Source of the DNA: Octopus vulgaris
Taxonomy: Eukaryota
NCBI GenBank assembly: GCA_951406725.2
Contig: OX597816.1
Location: forward strand, 109,802,001 to 109,866,000
Reading direction: 5' to 3'
Length of the DNA: 64,000 nt
The position numbers were made by a program, and so were the translations under genes. This document shows, in pieces, positions 12,417-26,687 of the stretch. The notes below the pieces were generated by a model. The model searched no databases. It saw nothing but the letters and a program-made list of their open reading frames with translations, and had not been told where the DNA came from. Each line of letters opens with the position of its first letter. Within the stretch, counting starts at the first letter, position 1.

Positions 12417-12507
12417 GCTTGCTCACCTTCCCGAGCATTAAACATACCCGTGTTCATCTACTTTTTGGTAAATTCCAACTATATATATATATATATATAT
12501 ATATAGA

Positions 12508-13058
12508 ACATTTAACGTCCGCGTTCCATGCTAACATGGGTTGAACGATTTGACTCAGGACTGGCGAACCAGCTGGCTGCACCAGGCTCCAATCTGATCT
12601 GGCAGAGTTTCTTCAGCTGGATGCCCTTCCCAACACCAACCATTCCGAGAGTGTAGTGGGTGCTTTTACGTGCCACCTGCACGAGAGGCAGTCTGGTGGT
12701 ACTGGCAACGGCCATGCTCAATGCTGTTTTTATGTGCCACCTGAACAGAAGTCAGTCCAGCGACACTGGCAACGACCTCGCTTGATCACGTACCACCGGC
12801 ACAAGTGCCAGTAAGGCAATGCAGATAACGATCACGCTCAAATGACGCTTTTTACGTGCCACTGGCACGGAAGCCGGAGAGCTTCTCTGGCAGTGATCCC
12901 CACCTGACGCCTTTCGTACAAATCGAGCTGGGCCATCTACCTAAAGGGGTTTGTGGTTTGTCTACCTTCTTACTTATTAGGACTTTGGTTTTAGCTAGGT
13001 TAACTCTAAGGCCCTTCGATTCTAATCCTTGTTTCCACATCTGAAATGTCTCCTCTAA
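12508..13058 (-). mobile_element. 5'-truncated, internally deleted RTE-clade LINE (RT fragment plus 3' UTR with TTTACGTGCCAC repeats)
   Basis: LEETFQMWKQGLESKGLRVNLAKTKVL matches the RTE-type RT motif (GLxVNxxKTKVM). The 3' UTR has about 4 degenerate repeats. Confidence 0.8.
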
Positions 13059-13059
13059 G

Positions 13060-13283
13060 ACAAGCCAAGGCCAAACCAAGCCAAGGTCAAGGTCAAGGCC
13101 AAGCCAACGTCAATGCCAAGCCAACGTCAAGGTCAAGCCAAGATGAGGCCGAGGCCAAGGCCAAGGTCAAGCGCAAGCCAAGCCCAAGGCAAAACCAAGC
13201 CAAGGCCAACGTCAAGCCAAGGCAAGCCCAAGGCCAAGCCCAAGCCCAAGCCCAAGCCAAGCCCAAGACGAAGCAAGTCAAGG
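13060..13283. repeat. Irregular (CCAAG/GCCAAG)n repeat, block 1
   Basis: Mixed 5-mers and 6-mers, strand-asymmetric. Confidence 0.95.
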
Positions 13284-13297
13284 CTTGTTTATCTTTG

Positions 13298-13690
13298 ATA
13301 TTTATGTTTCTGTTTCTATATTGTTATCGTGAAACTGTTAATATAAATATGTGAATATTCGAATGGAATAATATGTCATGTCTTATACGTGAATTCTGAA
13401 TTTGCTAGTGTGAATGTTTTAGGATAAATATATGAAACAGCCACAGGATTGCACTAATACTTTGAATAGCCTCTTTTAATTTATTGTTTAACTTAATGAT
13501 ACCCCTTATATATTTCTGTATCTAGAGTTTCCTTTTTTATGTCGTTATATTTAATTTTTATGCTTCTGTTTTTATATACTTATGAGGAAAATGTTAGTAT
13601 AAATATGTGGATATTCAAATGGAATAATACCTCATGTCTAATATGTGAATTGTGAATTTACTTGCCTGAATGTTTTAAGACACATATACA
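13298..13690. repeat. Diverged direct repeat pair of ~130 bp
   Basis: ~13298-13432 vs ~13555-13690 (TATAAATATGTG.ATATTC.AATGGAATAATA..TCATGTCT). Confidence 0.75.
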
Positions 13691-14085
13691 CATTGGATGA
13701 TTATGGTTGCAACGCCTTTGATGATAGGAGCAACTAAGTGGATAAGTTGATATTGTGGTTGTTCTAGTATAGTTTTTTGGCAAAGTTGTTCTGTTTGCCC
13801 TCAATGCAGGACATCTGTTTAACAAGTCTTAAGAGTTAGACAAAATTGACCAAGCAATTACTGTGTGTGTGTGTGTGTGTGCGTGTGTGCAATTCATGGA
13901 TGTGTCTGTTCTGTACTTTGATTTGAGTATATTAATTATATATAATTACATAGAAATGGTATGCATATATGACAACTGTGTGGCTCACAAACACTGTGTG
14001 CATAGTCACATAAACTCCCCTTTTTGTATTACGAACTGTCAGTTACAACTTATTGTATTTTTTACAAATGTATTTAACAGAAAAA

Positions 14086-14596
14086 GCCAAGCCAAGTCAA
14101 GCCGAGCCGACCCAAGGCAAATTCAAGGCCAGGGCCAAGGTCAGGTCAATACCAAGCCAAGGCCAAGATCAAGTCAAGCTAATGCCAAGGCTAAGTCAAG
14201 CCAAGGCCAAAGCCAAGCCCAAGGCCAAGCGAAGACCAAGGCCTAACCAAGCTAAGACCAAGCCAAGGCCAGAGCAAAGCCTAGCCAAGCCAAGGCCAAG
14301 TCCAAGACCAAGGCCAAGCCAAATCCAAGGCCAAGCCAAATCCAAAGCCAAGTCAAAGCCAAGGCCAAGCCAAAGCCAAGGCCAAGGCTAAGGCCAAGCC
14401 AAGGCAAAGGCCAAGTCAAGGCAAGGCCAAGGCCGAAGCCAATCCACGGCCAAAGCTAGGCTGAAGGCCAAGCCTAGGCCAAACCCAAGCCCAGGGCCAA
14501 GGCCAAGGCAATGCTGAGCCAAGGCAATGCTGAGCCAATGCCACGGTCAAGCCAAGGCCAAGGCCATGCCAAAGCGAAGCCCAAGCCAAACCAAGC
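14086..14596. repeat. Irregular (CCAAG/GCCAAG)n repeat, block 2
   Basis: About 510 bp of mixed CCAAG/GCCAAG/GTCAAG units. Produces the spurious Q/A/K/P-rich ORFs. Confidence 0.95.
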
Positions 14597-15655
14597 ATAT
14601 GTAGGATCGGGCCGTCATTGGCGTGACTGTCGGCAGCAATGGACATCCACGCCAATGTGCCTGTATGGGTATGTATGTGTATGTGCGTGTGTACATGTAT
14701 GTGTGTGCGTCTGTATATGTTTGTGTGCGTGTGTCTATGTGCGTGGGTGTATGTGTGTATGTGCGTGGGTGTATGTGAGTGTGTATGTATGCGTGTGTCT
14801 GTGCGTGTGTGTTCATGTGTGCGTGTGTATCTGCATGTGTATGTGCATGTGTGGTAGTATGTGTGTGCATGCTCATGTATGTGTGTTGTATGTGTGTGGT
14901 GTGTGGTGTGTGTGCGAGGTATATATGCATTCACGTGTGTGCATCGGTTCGTGTATTTTTTCGTTTTTGTGTATATGTATGTGTGTGTATATGTGTGCGT
15001 GTATATAGAAATAAAAAATATAATAAAATATAAAAAAGTAGGGTGAAAAGAAGTTAATACAATATAAAATGGCGAAATTCGCATCCTAAAGTCAAGTTAT
15101 AAAACCACCATCATGTAGCTGTAATCCAATAATCTAGATATCATGAAATCTCACCAAAACGAGACTGCTAGTGGTGGTGGTATGTATAAAATTTGAATAC
15201 TTTATTCCACCTTCTTAACAGACAAAAATACTGTTGGCTGATAGTTAGAAAAGGTGAACAACCCCTTTATAGATATAGCGGCGACCAGCTTCATTCCCCA
15301 CCCTTCCTTTATCTCCTGGTTTCTTCTCTCTCTCTCACTCTTTCTTTATCTGTATGTCTAGCTGTCTCTCTGTCTGTCCCTTTCTTCTTGTCTCTCTTCT
15401 ATATTCTGCTTTTCGTTCCTTTTCTCTCCGTTACATTACCCACGTCGTAATTTTTGTTTTCGCTTACTTTGGTTCATCCTGCACTAAATCCAGAAGGCAT
15501 TTGTAAAGGTCGTTCACCTTTGTTTACTCCATCGATCGACCGATTGTTTAAGCAGAACTATGAATGCACCAGCTGTGAGTCTACTATGAAGCCATCAGAA
15601 ACAGCTGTAAGTCTACGACGGATAAACAATTAAGTAGCGCCCATTTTTAAAGCAT

Positions 15656-15689
<34 letters not shown>

Positions 15690-15714
15690 ACATACACACA
15701 CACACACACACGTT

Positions 15715-15893
15715 GGGTCCTTGGGAATAGTATCAGTAGGCATCAAGGAAAATATAAAGGAAATTGGAATAGAGTGCTTAGTAGAATGGTTTGTCTCCTT
15801 GGCACGGCCAGAATAATCAGGAAAGTGTTAGATAACTGAAAAGAGCGAATGCAAAGCACCATGAGCTCCAACAGAAAACCTGTGATAAAGAGA

Positions 15894-15956
<63 letters not shown>
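15715..15956 (+). mobile_element. 3' end of an R4/Dong-like LINE with (TAA)n tail
   Basis: GSLGIVS..IKENIKEIGIEC.. then CLLGTARIIRKVLDN*, matching the C-terminus of the 50-kb copy. Followed by (TAA)n. Confidence 0.7.
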
Positions 15957-15958
<2 letters not shown>

Positions 15959-16589
15959 CAATAACAATAACCATTAGATGGAATTTATAAATATTTAATA
16001 TATCACTACGCGCGTTTCCACAAATCACATGACTTTTAATGATTACAATCCGTATTCCTGAGATGATTACGGTGTAGTCGTAGTATCTTTGAGCATCCGA
16101 TTCATCATCATCATTGATTCATTTCTTCAACTGATTTGCATTAGTGGAGGTACAACAGATAGATGTTTATCCCTTTTTACCAGTATTACGGTGAAGCGAG
16201 TTATGTGGGTGTTTATGTGTGTATTTGGTGGGGAAGCGAGGAAGGTGATTGAAATAGAGGAAGGAATGGTAGTTATATAGGGATGGAGGCGTGTGTAGTG
16301 ATGTTGGATTTATTTTGCTATTCATTCAGCAGATGTTAAGGATGGGTTGTACATTCTTTCGTTTCACTTCATTTAAATCATGACTATCGTCAATAAATTC
16401 TGTAATCAACAGGTTATCACGTACTGCTACTATATCAGTGACGTATGTTGACTGAAATGGTAATTGCTAATCTTCTTATGGTGACATTTTCATTGATTCT
16501 TTTGGTGTAGTGTATAGCTTCTCAAATATTGGTTTGTTTGTTTATTTATTTAGGTATCTTCGCTCTTCTGCAATGTGTTATTTCGTCTA

Positions 16590-16730
16590 GGCTGATACTT
16601 ATTTTATCGACGTAAGAAAGGGTGAAACGCAAAGTCATATTCGGCGGAATTTGAACTCGGACGAAATGCCGGACAAAATGCTGCTCAGCATTTTGTCCGT
16701 TGTGGTAATAATTTAGCCCGCCTGACGCTT
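16590..16730 (-). mobile_element. SINE (octopus-type family 2), diverged
   Basis: Reverse-complement similarity to 27644-27806 and 62138-62358 (GAGTTCAAATTCCGCCG). Confidence 0.6.
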
Positions 16731-19700
16731 CATTTATAATTATAAACATAATAACAATATATAATACCAATCGTAAAGATAGTAGTAGTATGAACAACAA
16801 TAATAAGAAGAGAAGAATAGTAGCCGTGGTGATGAGGTTGGCAAAAATAAAGTTAGGCAGAGAAACCAAATTAATGTGCCTTCTGCAGGGCTATGGCATC
16901 AAAACAACAATAAATAAATCAAGAACAACAAATAGTAAACAATACAATGAGGATAGCAGTAATGATAAAATAAATATATAATTATGCAAGAAATATTCAT
17001 GATGATAGGAGTGGTTATTGTACAATAGTAGGCCTTACTTATAAACAACAATGTTATTAATGATGATAATTAGACAGGAATATTCCTCTCCAAGTTCGCT
17101 ACCAATACGCTGTATCAAAACCGAGCGAAACAGTTTATTTAATGAAACACTCCTTATAACATCACTTGACTTCACTTGTACACTGAAGGATGCACCACAA
17201 CTAGTTGTACAGCATTCCACCCGCGAGGTATCGATGCAGCATGGATGGAAATGATTGTTTGGAGCAATAAGGTTTCTATCTCTATCATTTGTTATATACT
17301 CAGCGAACATGGTAGCCATAGGCAGCGAACGTTCTTCATCGGCTTACTACTAGGAACATAGCCACTACTTAGATACACACACGCAGGCGTGCGCAGAAAT
17401 ATTGATATATACATATGTAAGTAAAAGGAGGAGTAAATGAGAAAGAATTACTGAGTATTAATTTCGGTGGAGAAATTACTTATATAATTAGTTCCTAGAA
17501 TGGTTTCACTGGAAACAGGCGATATAATTGGAAATAGCCGGTATTGCAAACTAAACTGTCAAATTTTAGGATGAGAAAATGGATACCGAATTTTTGTTAA
17601 TGAGAATAATAATATTACACCTCTTGGTCTGGTTCATATCACTGTGAGGCAACCATTTTTTCATAATATCTAAATAACGATCAATGGTATATAAAAACAA
17701 TGTTGCCTGAGCCATTATACATTATACATAAAAAGGAAATTAGCTGAGGGAAAATACTATCTGTAAACTTCCAATCTGAAAGTGATCTAACATCAATATA
17801 TTTGGAGCAAATGGTTGGAAATGTTCATTTAGTTAAATAAGAAAGATTTGGCAAAAGATTGTTAAAACGATGGAAATTGGTATGTACGTTATATGACAAA
17901 GCTCTGAACCCAAATTAATAGGTTCTTTATACGATCAAAGTAAGTCTCGACATGGCAGCACGGCCTGCTGTATATAGCAGCTAAGTCTTATTCACACCAT
18001 ATCGCAATGTTTTTTGAAAGAAACTGTTTATAATATACTTCTACCTATATCAAAACAAATGGGATAATCACGGTTAAAATATTTTCACTCATATGTGTGC
18101 CGCATTATGGGTGACCTGAAGCTAAAGAACAAAATTATAACTGTTTGGTTGAATATTGTCGTAGATTTTATAACATTTGATATTTGATAGTCAAAAGTTT
18201 AGTATTTCTATAGCGTATTTCCTGAATTTCATAACATTCTCCTTTCACCACCTTCATCAGAATTTCATAACATTCTCATTTCACCACCTTTATCAGAATT
18301 TCATAAAACTGCAAATTATATTTGAGTGTTTTCCTTCATTTTGTTACTCTGAATAACTCATTTTTTTCTAGTTTTGCCAATTTAATTAGAAGTGAAGGTA
18401 ATCGGTTAGTTTTATATTCCTGAGATCATCGCTCTCCCAATATGCATTTCAAAACTGAACCTAATTGCTCAGGAATGGCGCCAGCTTGCAATCGATATAC
18501 ATCCCATGACAAATATAAGTAATTTATCTCTCCTTAGTTTAACCTCTTTCTCTCAACATAAATGTTATTAATACGTTGCATTGTAGTCATATGAAATACA
18601 TTTTCTTTACTTAAGCACTTCTATTTATATCAAAGACTTCAAATATAGAATTTCATATCAAAGACTAAAAGACAGCAATGTATTCCAAAATAAGATCTAT
18701 GGTAATCAATACAGCCAAGGTTATTCCATTCTATAATAAGTAAATAAAGAAATAAAAGCAACTCTAAAAACTTTTCATTTATTTGAAAGGATTGGTGAGA
18801 TCATACACTTGATAAGAAAGACGAAGGTGAACATTAGAGAAACATTCACTAAAACAAATTTATTTCTCTATAGACTACAACATTATAACAACAATTACAG
18901 CACCGACATTACTATCACATCGAAGAAGACGATGAGCAGCATCACCACCGCAGTCACCACGAAAACAAAAAAGACACCAGTATTATTATTACTGTTTGCA
19001 TCAGCAATTCCAATACAAACAACAACATCAGTAACAAATGGAAGAAAATGAAAGTAAAAACGTAAAAAGAAACTCTAACTGAAATGAAAGCAAATAAACA
19101 AAATGAATTAACAAAATGGAGATTTAAGTCGCAATACAAGTATTAATCATTCTTCTCCTGACACGAACTAAGCATATAATTATTGATTCAATTAGACTTT
19201 GTCTCCATATTATGAGATATCTTTCGAATTTGCTGAGCTAAAGATTCTTGATAGCGTATGTATAATATTACATATATTTTGCAAGGCGAATCTTTATGCG
19301 TGGGTGGAGCAGGAAGATGGTGGTGAAACTGAAGCTGTAAACAAGAAAATCATAAATGTCGAACCATTAGGGAAATGAAGCATATATATTTTCTCGCAAT
19401 AAAGTTTCTATCAATTATTATAAGTACAAGAACAACAACAACTACAACAAATAAACATATAACAACAATAAGAACAAGCAACAAGCTACTCGAAAAGGCA
19501 CAACAAAAATGTGTGGACAAATATGTATAATTAGCTTAAGTTTTAATATCAAACATAAAAAGACTGGAAATGGACATCTAGCTTTTAATGTAGCTTTAGT
19601 GATACCTTTCTTCATGTGAGTGGCTGCGAGTGATATTTACTGAAGGATGTACAGGGAAGTCATTAATTTGTTTTCCTTTTCTTTAACAGAAGATATTTTA

Positions 19701-19907
19701 CATTTCTTCTTTACGATTAGATATTTAGAAACTGATGTTTTCTTCAAATTATTATTTTTGCTTGTTTATACATACTCTTTTGCTTTAATTATATACTTTG
19801 AAGAGAAATAAAGTAAATGCAAAGGAACATAAACAAATTCAAATAATCTACTTACGTAATGTTTCGTTAATCCATCTTGAAAAAGATTCGATTTGTTTGT
19901 GTGTGCG

Positions 19908-19940
<33 letters not shown>

Positions 19941-20464
19941 GCATGCATGCATAAATATATGTGTGTGTATATATATGCATATATAAATATATTATGTGTG
20001 TGTGTTGTTTGAGTGAATGTATGTATATGTATATATAATTAATTGCGACCTTGGTCAGAGTGTTGCAAATATTTTGCTTGATACTTCATTATGGATATCT
20101 GTATTTATGGATGTAGAAATCAACCAGTGTAATATTCATCACATTTTGGTCTGGTATATTTATATAACCAATTAGCTTTCTGGATAGAAACAGCACTCAC
20201 CTATGTAACTATATGCTTACCAAGCTATCTAACCACCAACATAGTGTGTTTAGGCATAGATCCATCCATAATATTGTCAGAGTTTTAGAGATAAAAATAT
20301 AGTCACTCTAAAAGCCGGTCTTCAATACTACATACATACATAGATACATACATACATACATACACACATACATACATACATGCATGCATACATACATGCA
20401 TGCATGCATACATACATACATACATACATACATACATACATACATACATACATACATACATACA

Positions 20465-20497
<33 letters not shown>

Positions 20498-20509
20498 TCT
20501 TGAAGAGAT

Positions 20510-21190
20510 CGCCAGGCAGAAAACCAAAACTAGAAAGTGACTGACCACCACTGGTAACTTCCACATTAATATCAACAAGATAGAAACTATGAAAGTAGAA
20601 TTGATGGCTGTAAGGACATAACATCAGTCCAAACAGCAATTAATTGTCGCATGGAGTCACTCAGACAACCCCTACTAAACAGTAAAGAAAGAAATGAATA
20701 TATTCTATGAATTCTGAAAAGTGATTACAGCAACATCTTCAGAGTTAGAGAACTGATTCAAGCAACCCAAAGGAGGTTGGACTGGCTTAACTAAACAGAA
20801 GCTTGGAAGAGAAGCAGGCATGATACCAGTAAAAAAAAAAACAATGCAGGAGCATTTATCACGTAAGCTAGAGGATAACAACAGCGTTGACAGGAAAAGT
20901 AGTCATTCCTAGATCTTTGATACATTACATTCCATCTAGGATATGCCTCCGCTATCCAGGGGAGAGGAGATAGCTACTAACTACCTCATAAACAAGATAG
21001 CACCAAACGCCCATGCTATGAGAGAAAATGTTACCTCTCCTATAACAGTGTAGAAGATATCAGCCATATCATAAGCAGCTGTCTCAAAATGTCTACCTGC
21101 TCCTCAGATACCATATAGTTCCAAAGACTATTTACAATCCTCTCCACAAAAATGATCACCCTGGCGTATACTTTCGATTCTGGGCGAACA
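20510..21190 (+). mobile_element. Decayed R4/Dong-like LINE fragment
   Basis: Frameshifted peptides KTRK*LTTTGNFH, YASAIQ..EIATNYLINK and KCYLSYNSVEDISHIISSC, homologous to the CCHC region of the 50-kb element. Confidence 0.65.
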
Positions 21191-21266
21191 CAAACGCATT
21201 CACATATATGCATGCTTTTCTGTCAGTCTGTCTGTCTGTCTGTCTGTCTCTCTGTCTCACTCTCTG

Positions 21267-21324
<58 letters not shown>

Positions 21325-21613
21325 GTCTTAAAGGGTGTCTGATGTTTGTTAAATCGGAAACCTAAAATGATTTCATAGCACCCGTCTCATTTACGAGCGT
21401 GGAATCCCGGTAATCCGTTGCAACACTTATCCAGCGTACCTATTCGTTCAGATCACCAGTGAACTAAACCCCGTATTCTAGTCATATATAGATACATACA
21501 TACATGCATGAATACATACATACACACACACACACACAAACATTTATATATATATATATATACATATATCTTCATATATATATGTGTACATAATTCATTC
21601 ATCCATTTACATA

Positions 21614-21672
<59 letters not shown>

Positions 21673-21780
21673 GTGTGTATGTATATCCTTACGTATCTCA
21701 CGTCTGTTGTTATTCCTCCACTTCCGTCTGTATTTCACATCTTCCCTACGATAACTATTGCTTAAACATTTTTTCGCACC

Positions 21781-21830
21781 CTCTCTTAAGAAGGGTTATA
21801 TAAAACATTCCGGAAACAGCTGTAAGACTT
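21781..21830 (+). ncRNA. Degenerate hammerhead remnant in a pLTR-like repeat
   Basis: ...TCT-TAAGAA-GGG...TCCG-GAAA-CAGCTG-TA-AGAC. The 3' half is intact but CUGANGA is mutated. The same GAAACAGCTGTAAG occurs at ~15598-15611. Confidence 0.35.
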
Positions 21831-21891
21831 TCTCTTTAGCAATGTTCTAAAAACTATTCACAGCCATGGCTTTTTTTTTTATCTCATTCTG

Positions 21892-21954
<63 letters not shown>

Positions 21955-22163
21955 TATATACTACATTATATTTACCGAGATTACATCATTGGCCTGTGTC
22001 ATTTCTATGTATTCGTCACCGTCTTTTAAGTGTTTGATCAGTTATCCCCACCAGCCTATCGTTAACGAAATTGTTATGACTTTTGTACGATAATTGTGAA
22101 GGAAAAGCCTTGCGGATGACTTATGCGTATGTTGCTTTATCATCATCTTGTGCAGTCTTTGAA

Positions 22164-22215
<52 letters not shown>

Positions 22216-22734
22216 GTATTTTTATGTATGTATGTATGCGAAGAGACAAAAAGAGAGAGATAGAGAAAGGAGAGAGTGACTGTATGACTTCGTTTATGGG
22301 GCTGTACGTAAGCCTACATTTGTGTGTGAATATTTCTTACTGAAATCAGGTGAATGCTGCGCCTTCAGGTTTGGATCTGCCATATATATATAACATTACA
22401 GCTAGTGAATGATATCAACGCTGAACAAAATCATCCATATGGAACTTTCCCTTTAATTATAGCTCCTTATTACTATAGAGTACGAAGATTACATGGTTCA
22501 AACGTTGGAAAGTATAATATTTTTTCACATCTTCATATAACCTTTCTCTTCAAACAGAAGTTCTTGGAGAATTTTATATCTCTACTTGCCATAATTATTG
22601 TGTTGTTATGCATCCATTTATTTTTCCGTATATCATTACAGGAGAATGTATGCAGTATGGAAGTTATTTATGGCAATGGTAATATTGTTGCTAAAACTAT
22701 GCTGATGATGATTATGATGATCGATTTCATTATA

Positions 22735-22861
<127 letters not shown>

Positions 22862-22899
22862 ATAATATAAATAATAAAAATAATAACACATAATATACT

Positions 22900-23105
22900 A
22901 TTGGCATAAATCCTGGAATTTTGGGGAGGGCATCTAGTCAATCACATTGATCTCAATGCTTGGTTTATATTTATTTTATCAACGTTAAAAATGTGAAGGG
23001 AGAAGTCAACTACGTTGGCACTTGTATTTTGAGTGTAAAGACCTTGAAGAAAAATCTGAAGGCATTTTGCCCGACGTGCTAAAAATTATTGTCAGTTTAC
23101 CATTT
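22900..23105 (-). mobile_element. SINE family 2, old copy
   Basis: GCATTTTGCCCGACGTGCTAA is the reverse complement of the family head. Confidence 0.5.
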
Positions 23106-26100
23106 TAATAATAATATTGATAATGCTTTATATTATTTGACATAGTTGCACCAGATGAGTAGTAATTACAAGGGGAGTTTACAATCTATGTAGGGTGTTG
23201 TAAAAATGAGGGGAAAAGCTGAATGTATAATGGGTTACAACTTACGTGAGCACATTTTCGACGCGGCCAATCTAATTCTGGAGAACCATTGACAATTACC
23301 ACTCTTCGAGTTTTTAAAGAATACCTTGGTTTGAGTAATGTACTTTTTGCAAGTTAGATATTGAACAGATTTTTTTCAGTGACTTCTAAAACAGAATTGA
23401 TATTGCTGAATGTGAAGACACAGATTATAGTAATCTCACATTTCGTAATAGTAAATATGAATGTGAAAGTTATAACAGAGCATACGTCATTCTTTCCCAA
23501 TGTGGGCATTACATCTCAGCAGCATACACTAGGTTTGCTTTATTGGGTTTTGTAGGGAGATGTATTTGTTAGTTGGCATTGAGTTTTATATTACTCTTTA
23601 AAGCTTACATCATTGCTATTGAAATTCATGAAACACCATTTTGTCGCGGTTATGATTATTTACTTCTAGGTTGAGCAAATTCATTCCATTTAATGATAAT
23701 GTTGATTAAAATGACAATGCTGACATTAACGGATAATGATGGATATAGTATTGATTATGGGGATTATTGATTATAGAAAAATTCAAGATGATGTTGATCA
23801 TGATCGGCAAAATTGTGGCAGTATTGTAGAAAATTGAGACATTTTTCGGAATTATTCCATTATCTGATTGAAAAGGCGTGGTTGAATTGTACGAAAGCCT
23901 TTATTTCAATGATTAATTAGACATTTAAAAAGGTGTCCTAATTTTTATGGACAATAATTATATATCCATTTGGTCTTGGAAAATATTGATTGCATCCCAG
24001 TAGTGTACCCGAATGTCTTAAAGAAATAATGGATGGTTTATCAATTTGAAACCGAAAAAGTGTATATATACATATTAAGGAATGTTTCAGATCTTTCATT
24101 TGGGAACTAGGAAACATATTAAAAAGCAAACGCTGTGTAAATATTAGAAAAGATAAAGGGAAGATAAAGGAAGAAAAATCCAGTACAAAGATATTATGTT
24201 ATGAATTGTTAAAAAATATCATAAAAGAATATAGGTTCAAAGAAAAATGAAAGATAACATGAGCTATTTTGAAGAGGAAAATATAATTTCATTCAATATG
24301 TTTGCATGTGCTTCGCATGTCTGGTTCTAGTTTCCTATCTAAATATACACATATGCGCGCTCACAAAAACACACACAAACACACATACACACACAACACA
24401 TACTGATGTATATATATAAACTTACATATGTTTGTGTATGTGTCTACCTGCTCTTATATATAATAATTATTATTTTATACCCGAATGCAGTTTCATATAG
24501 ATATTTGTGTATGTGGATGCATAAACACATATAAGTATTCATACACATATAGACATATTTATACAATATACACACAGGCACAACAAACTCACACGCATCT
24601 GTATACGCATATCTATTTGTGATATACTTCCTAACAAAATCGTATATATATGCAAATATGTAACTGTATATAACATTCATTTTGTTTTCACTTCTTCATT
24701 CTAATGAAGCAGAGAAATGTGTTTGTCTTTCATTATGCAACTGTTTATAGACATTACAGCATTTTTGATAACTGATTTTTTTGAAATTTTTATAATACCC
24801 CGTCACTACATCCAATTTAATTTCCCTCTTCACATGCTACCTATCTTTATTTTAAAATTTGCATCTAAAATTCTACTCTGCAATTCTCTCCATAGTTTGC
24901 GAGCAATTAGGTAGATTTCATCTTTCTTTAACATTGAAAATGTATGAAACTGACTCCTTTGACTAAAATGCAATAACATTTCCACACAAATCTTTCTATT
25001 ACATAGTTTTATTATTCTTAATATTAAGTTAACGTATTTTACAGGACGTAATTTGGATTTACATAGAATCCAAAGAGAAATGATTGTAAATCGTATTTCT
25101 TAACAAGAGGCTCAAACAGTAGGTGCGGTAGGATAATTATCCCAAAAGGAAATGTAAATCGATTCGCAATTACTGTTCAGTTCCTTTAGAGAGTAGAATG
25201 TGTTCACATTGTTTCAATGTCCACAGCCAAATATAAGCCAAATATATAATTGTGGACATGTCTACACTGTATATGATTATATTATTAACTACGATAGCCT
25301 TAGCTGAAATTGGTAAATGTATTATATTCAAATGAAGAGGGCAAATTATTTTTCCTTCTTTACTATAGAAAACTTAAATTCAAATGGTATATAATTTTGG
25401 AGTTACCTACATGATTTTCATTCTTGATGATGTCAGAGTACGCTTTTAAGAAAATTTCCATTATAATTTAGTGAATCTCTAAAAGAAATTTGATAATTTT
25501 GCTCTTGAAGAACAAGTATTGTTATTAGTGTTGTTATTATTTTTGTAGTGATGATTGCCACTTTTCCTAAGACTACTATCGCTGAGCAGACTATGATATA
25601 AAGAGTAATGATTATTTGAAATGCCCTACATAATCTTGAGTTTTGCATATCGGTATCATGCAAAGCGCCGCTTCATTTCGAAATTGGTGGGATGAAATTT
25701 TACAGTTATTTGGCCGCTATTTCTTTCTTCCGAGGAACAACATAGATAATCTCTAATTTGTATCTATAAAGAATGGAGCTAATTAATTAATTCATTAATT
25801 TACTTATATAATTTTACTTATATTTCTTTCTATATTTATATCATTCAATGTGGACATTTCTCTAATTTGTTCGAATTCATTTCACTTAAAATTATTTCAA
25901 TTAATTAAATATTTTCTTTTTTTTTTTACGAATGTCTGAATGGACTTATTGAATATATATTGCAAGTCACTTATTGGCGTTAATTAATTTCATTTCATTT
26001 AGTTCGATAAGATTTTGTTCTTATTGACAGTGCAATATATTTGCCGTTTTCTTCATGTATGAATAGTTTCATTGAATAAAATTATAGTGTTATTAGTGTT

Positions 26101-26611
26101 AATGTTTTGTTTATTGCCAGACGATTTGTATAATAATAAAAATAATACCAACTAGAGCAGAGCAACAACAACCACACTAACAACAACAGCAACAATAGTA
26201 AAAAACTAAGGATCCTCGAATAATTCTGCATCAATCATTTATTTTACTTAACAATTTAGAGTCCAAACTTTTTTGCTCACACCTGAGGAGATAGACAATA
26301 AATATAATTCCTAAAAATTTTCCTTCAATTGATAATATCAACGCCATACCTAATTTGTTCGTAAACTCACTATAATAATATTGGAAAAATTCAACTAATG
26401 AAATATCTCTCCTACAATATAAATGCTTATAATACCGTATTCATATTATAAATAATTGTCTAGTCAATAACTTGATTTTCACACGTGCTAATTAAATACA
26501 GTAAATAAGCATGCACATACCCACATAAAAATACTGAGAACACACATTCGATCAGTTACACCTAACTATATCATTTACCATTCTCTCCCTTATACATACA
26601 CACGCGCGTAA

Positions 26612-26670
<59 letters not shown>

Positions 26671-26687
26671 AATGTATGTATGTTTAA

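Noticed and set aside
14053-14391. Q/A/K/P/R-rich ORFs resembling histone H1 or protamine-like proteins
   Set aside because: Translation of the GCCAAG repeat, open in several frames.
21331-21385. Hammerhead-like CTGATGT...GAAA
   Set aside because: Core mismatch and no credible stem II or stem III.
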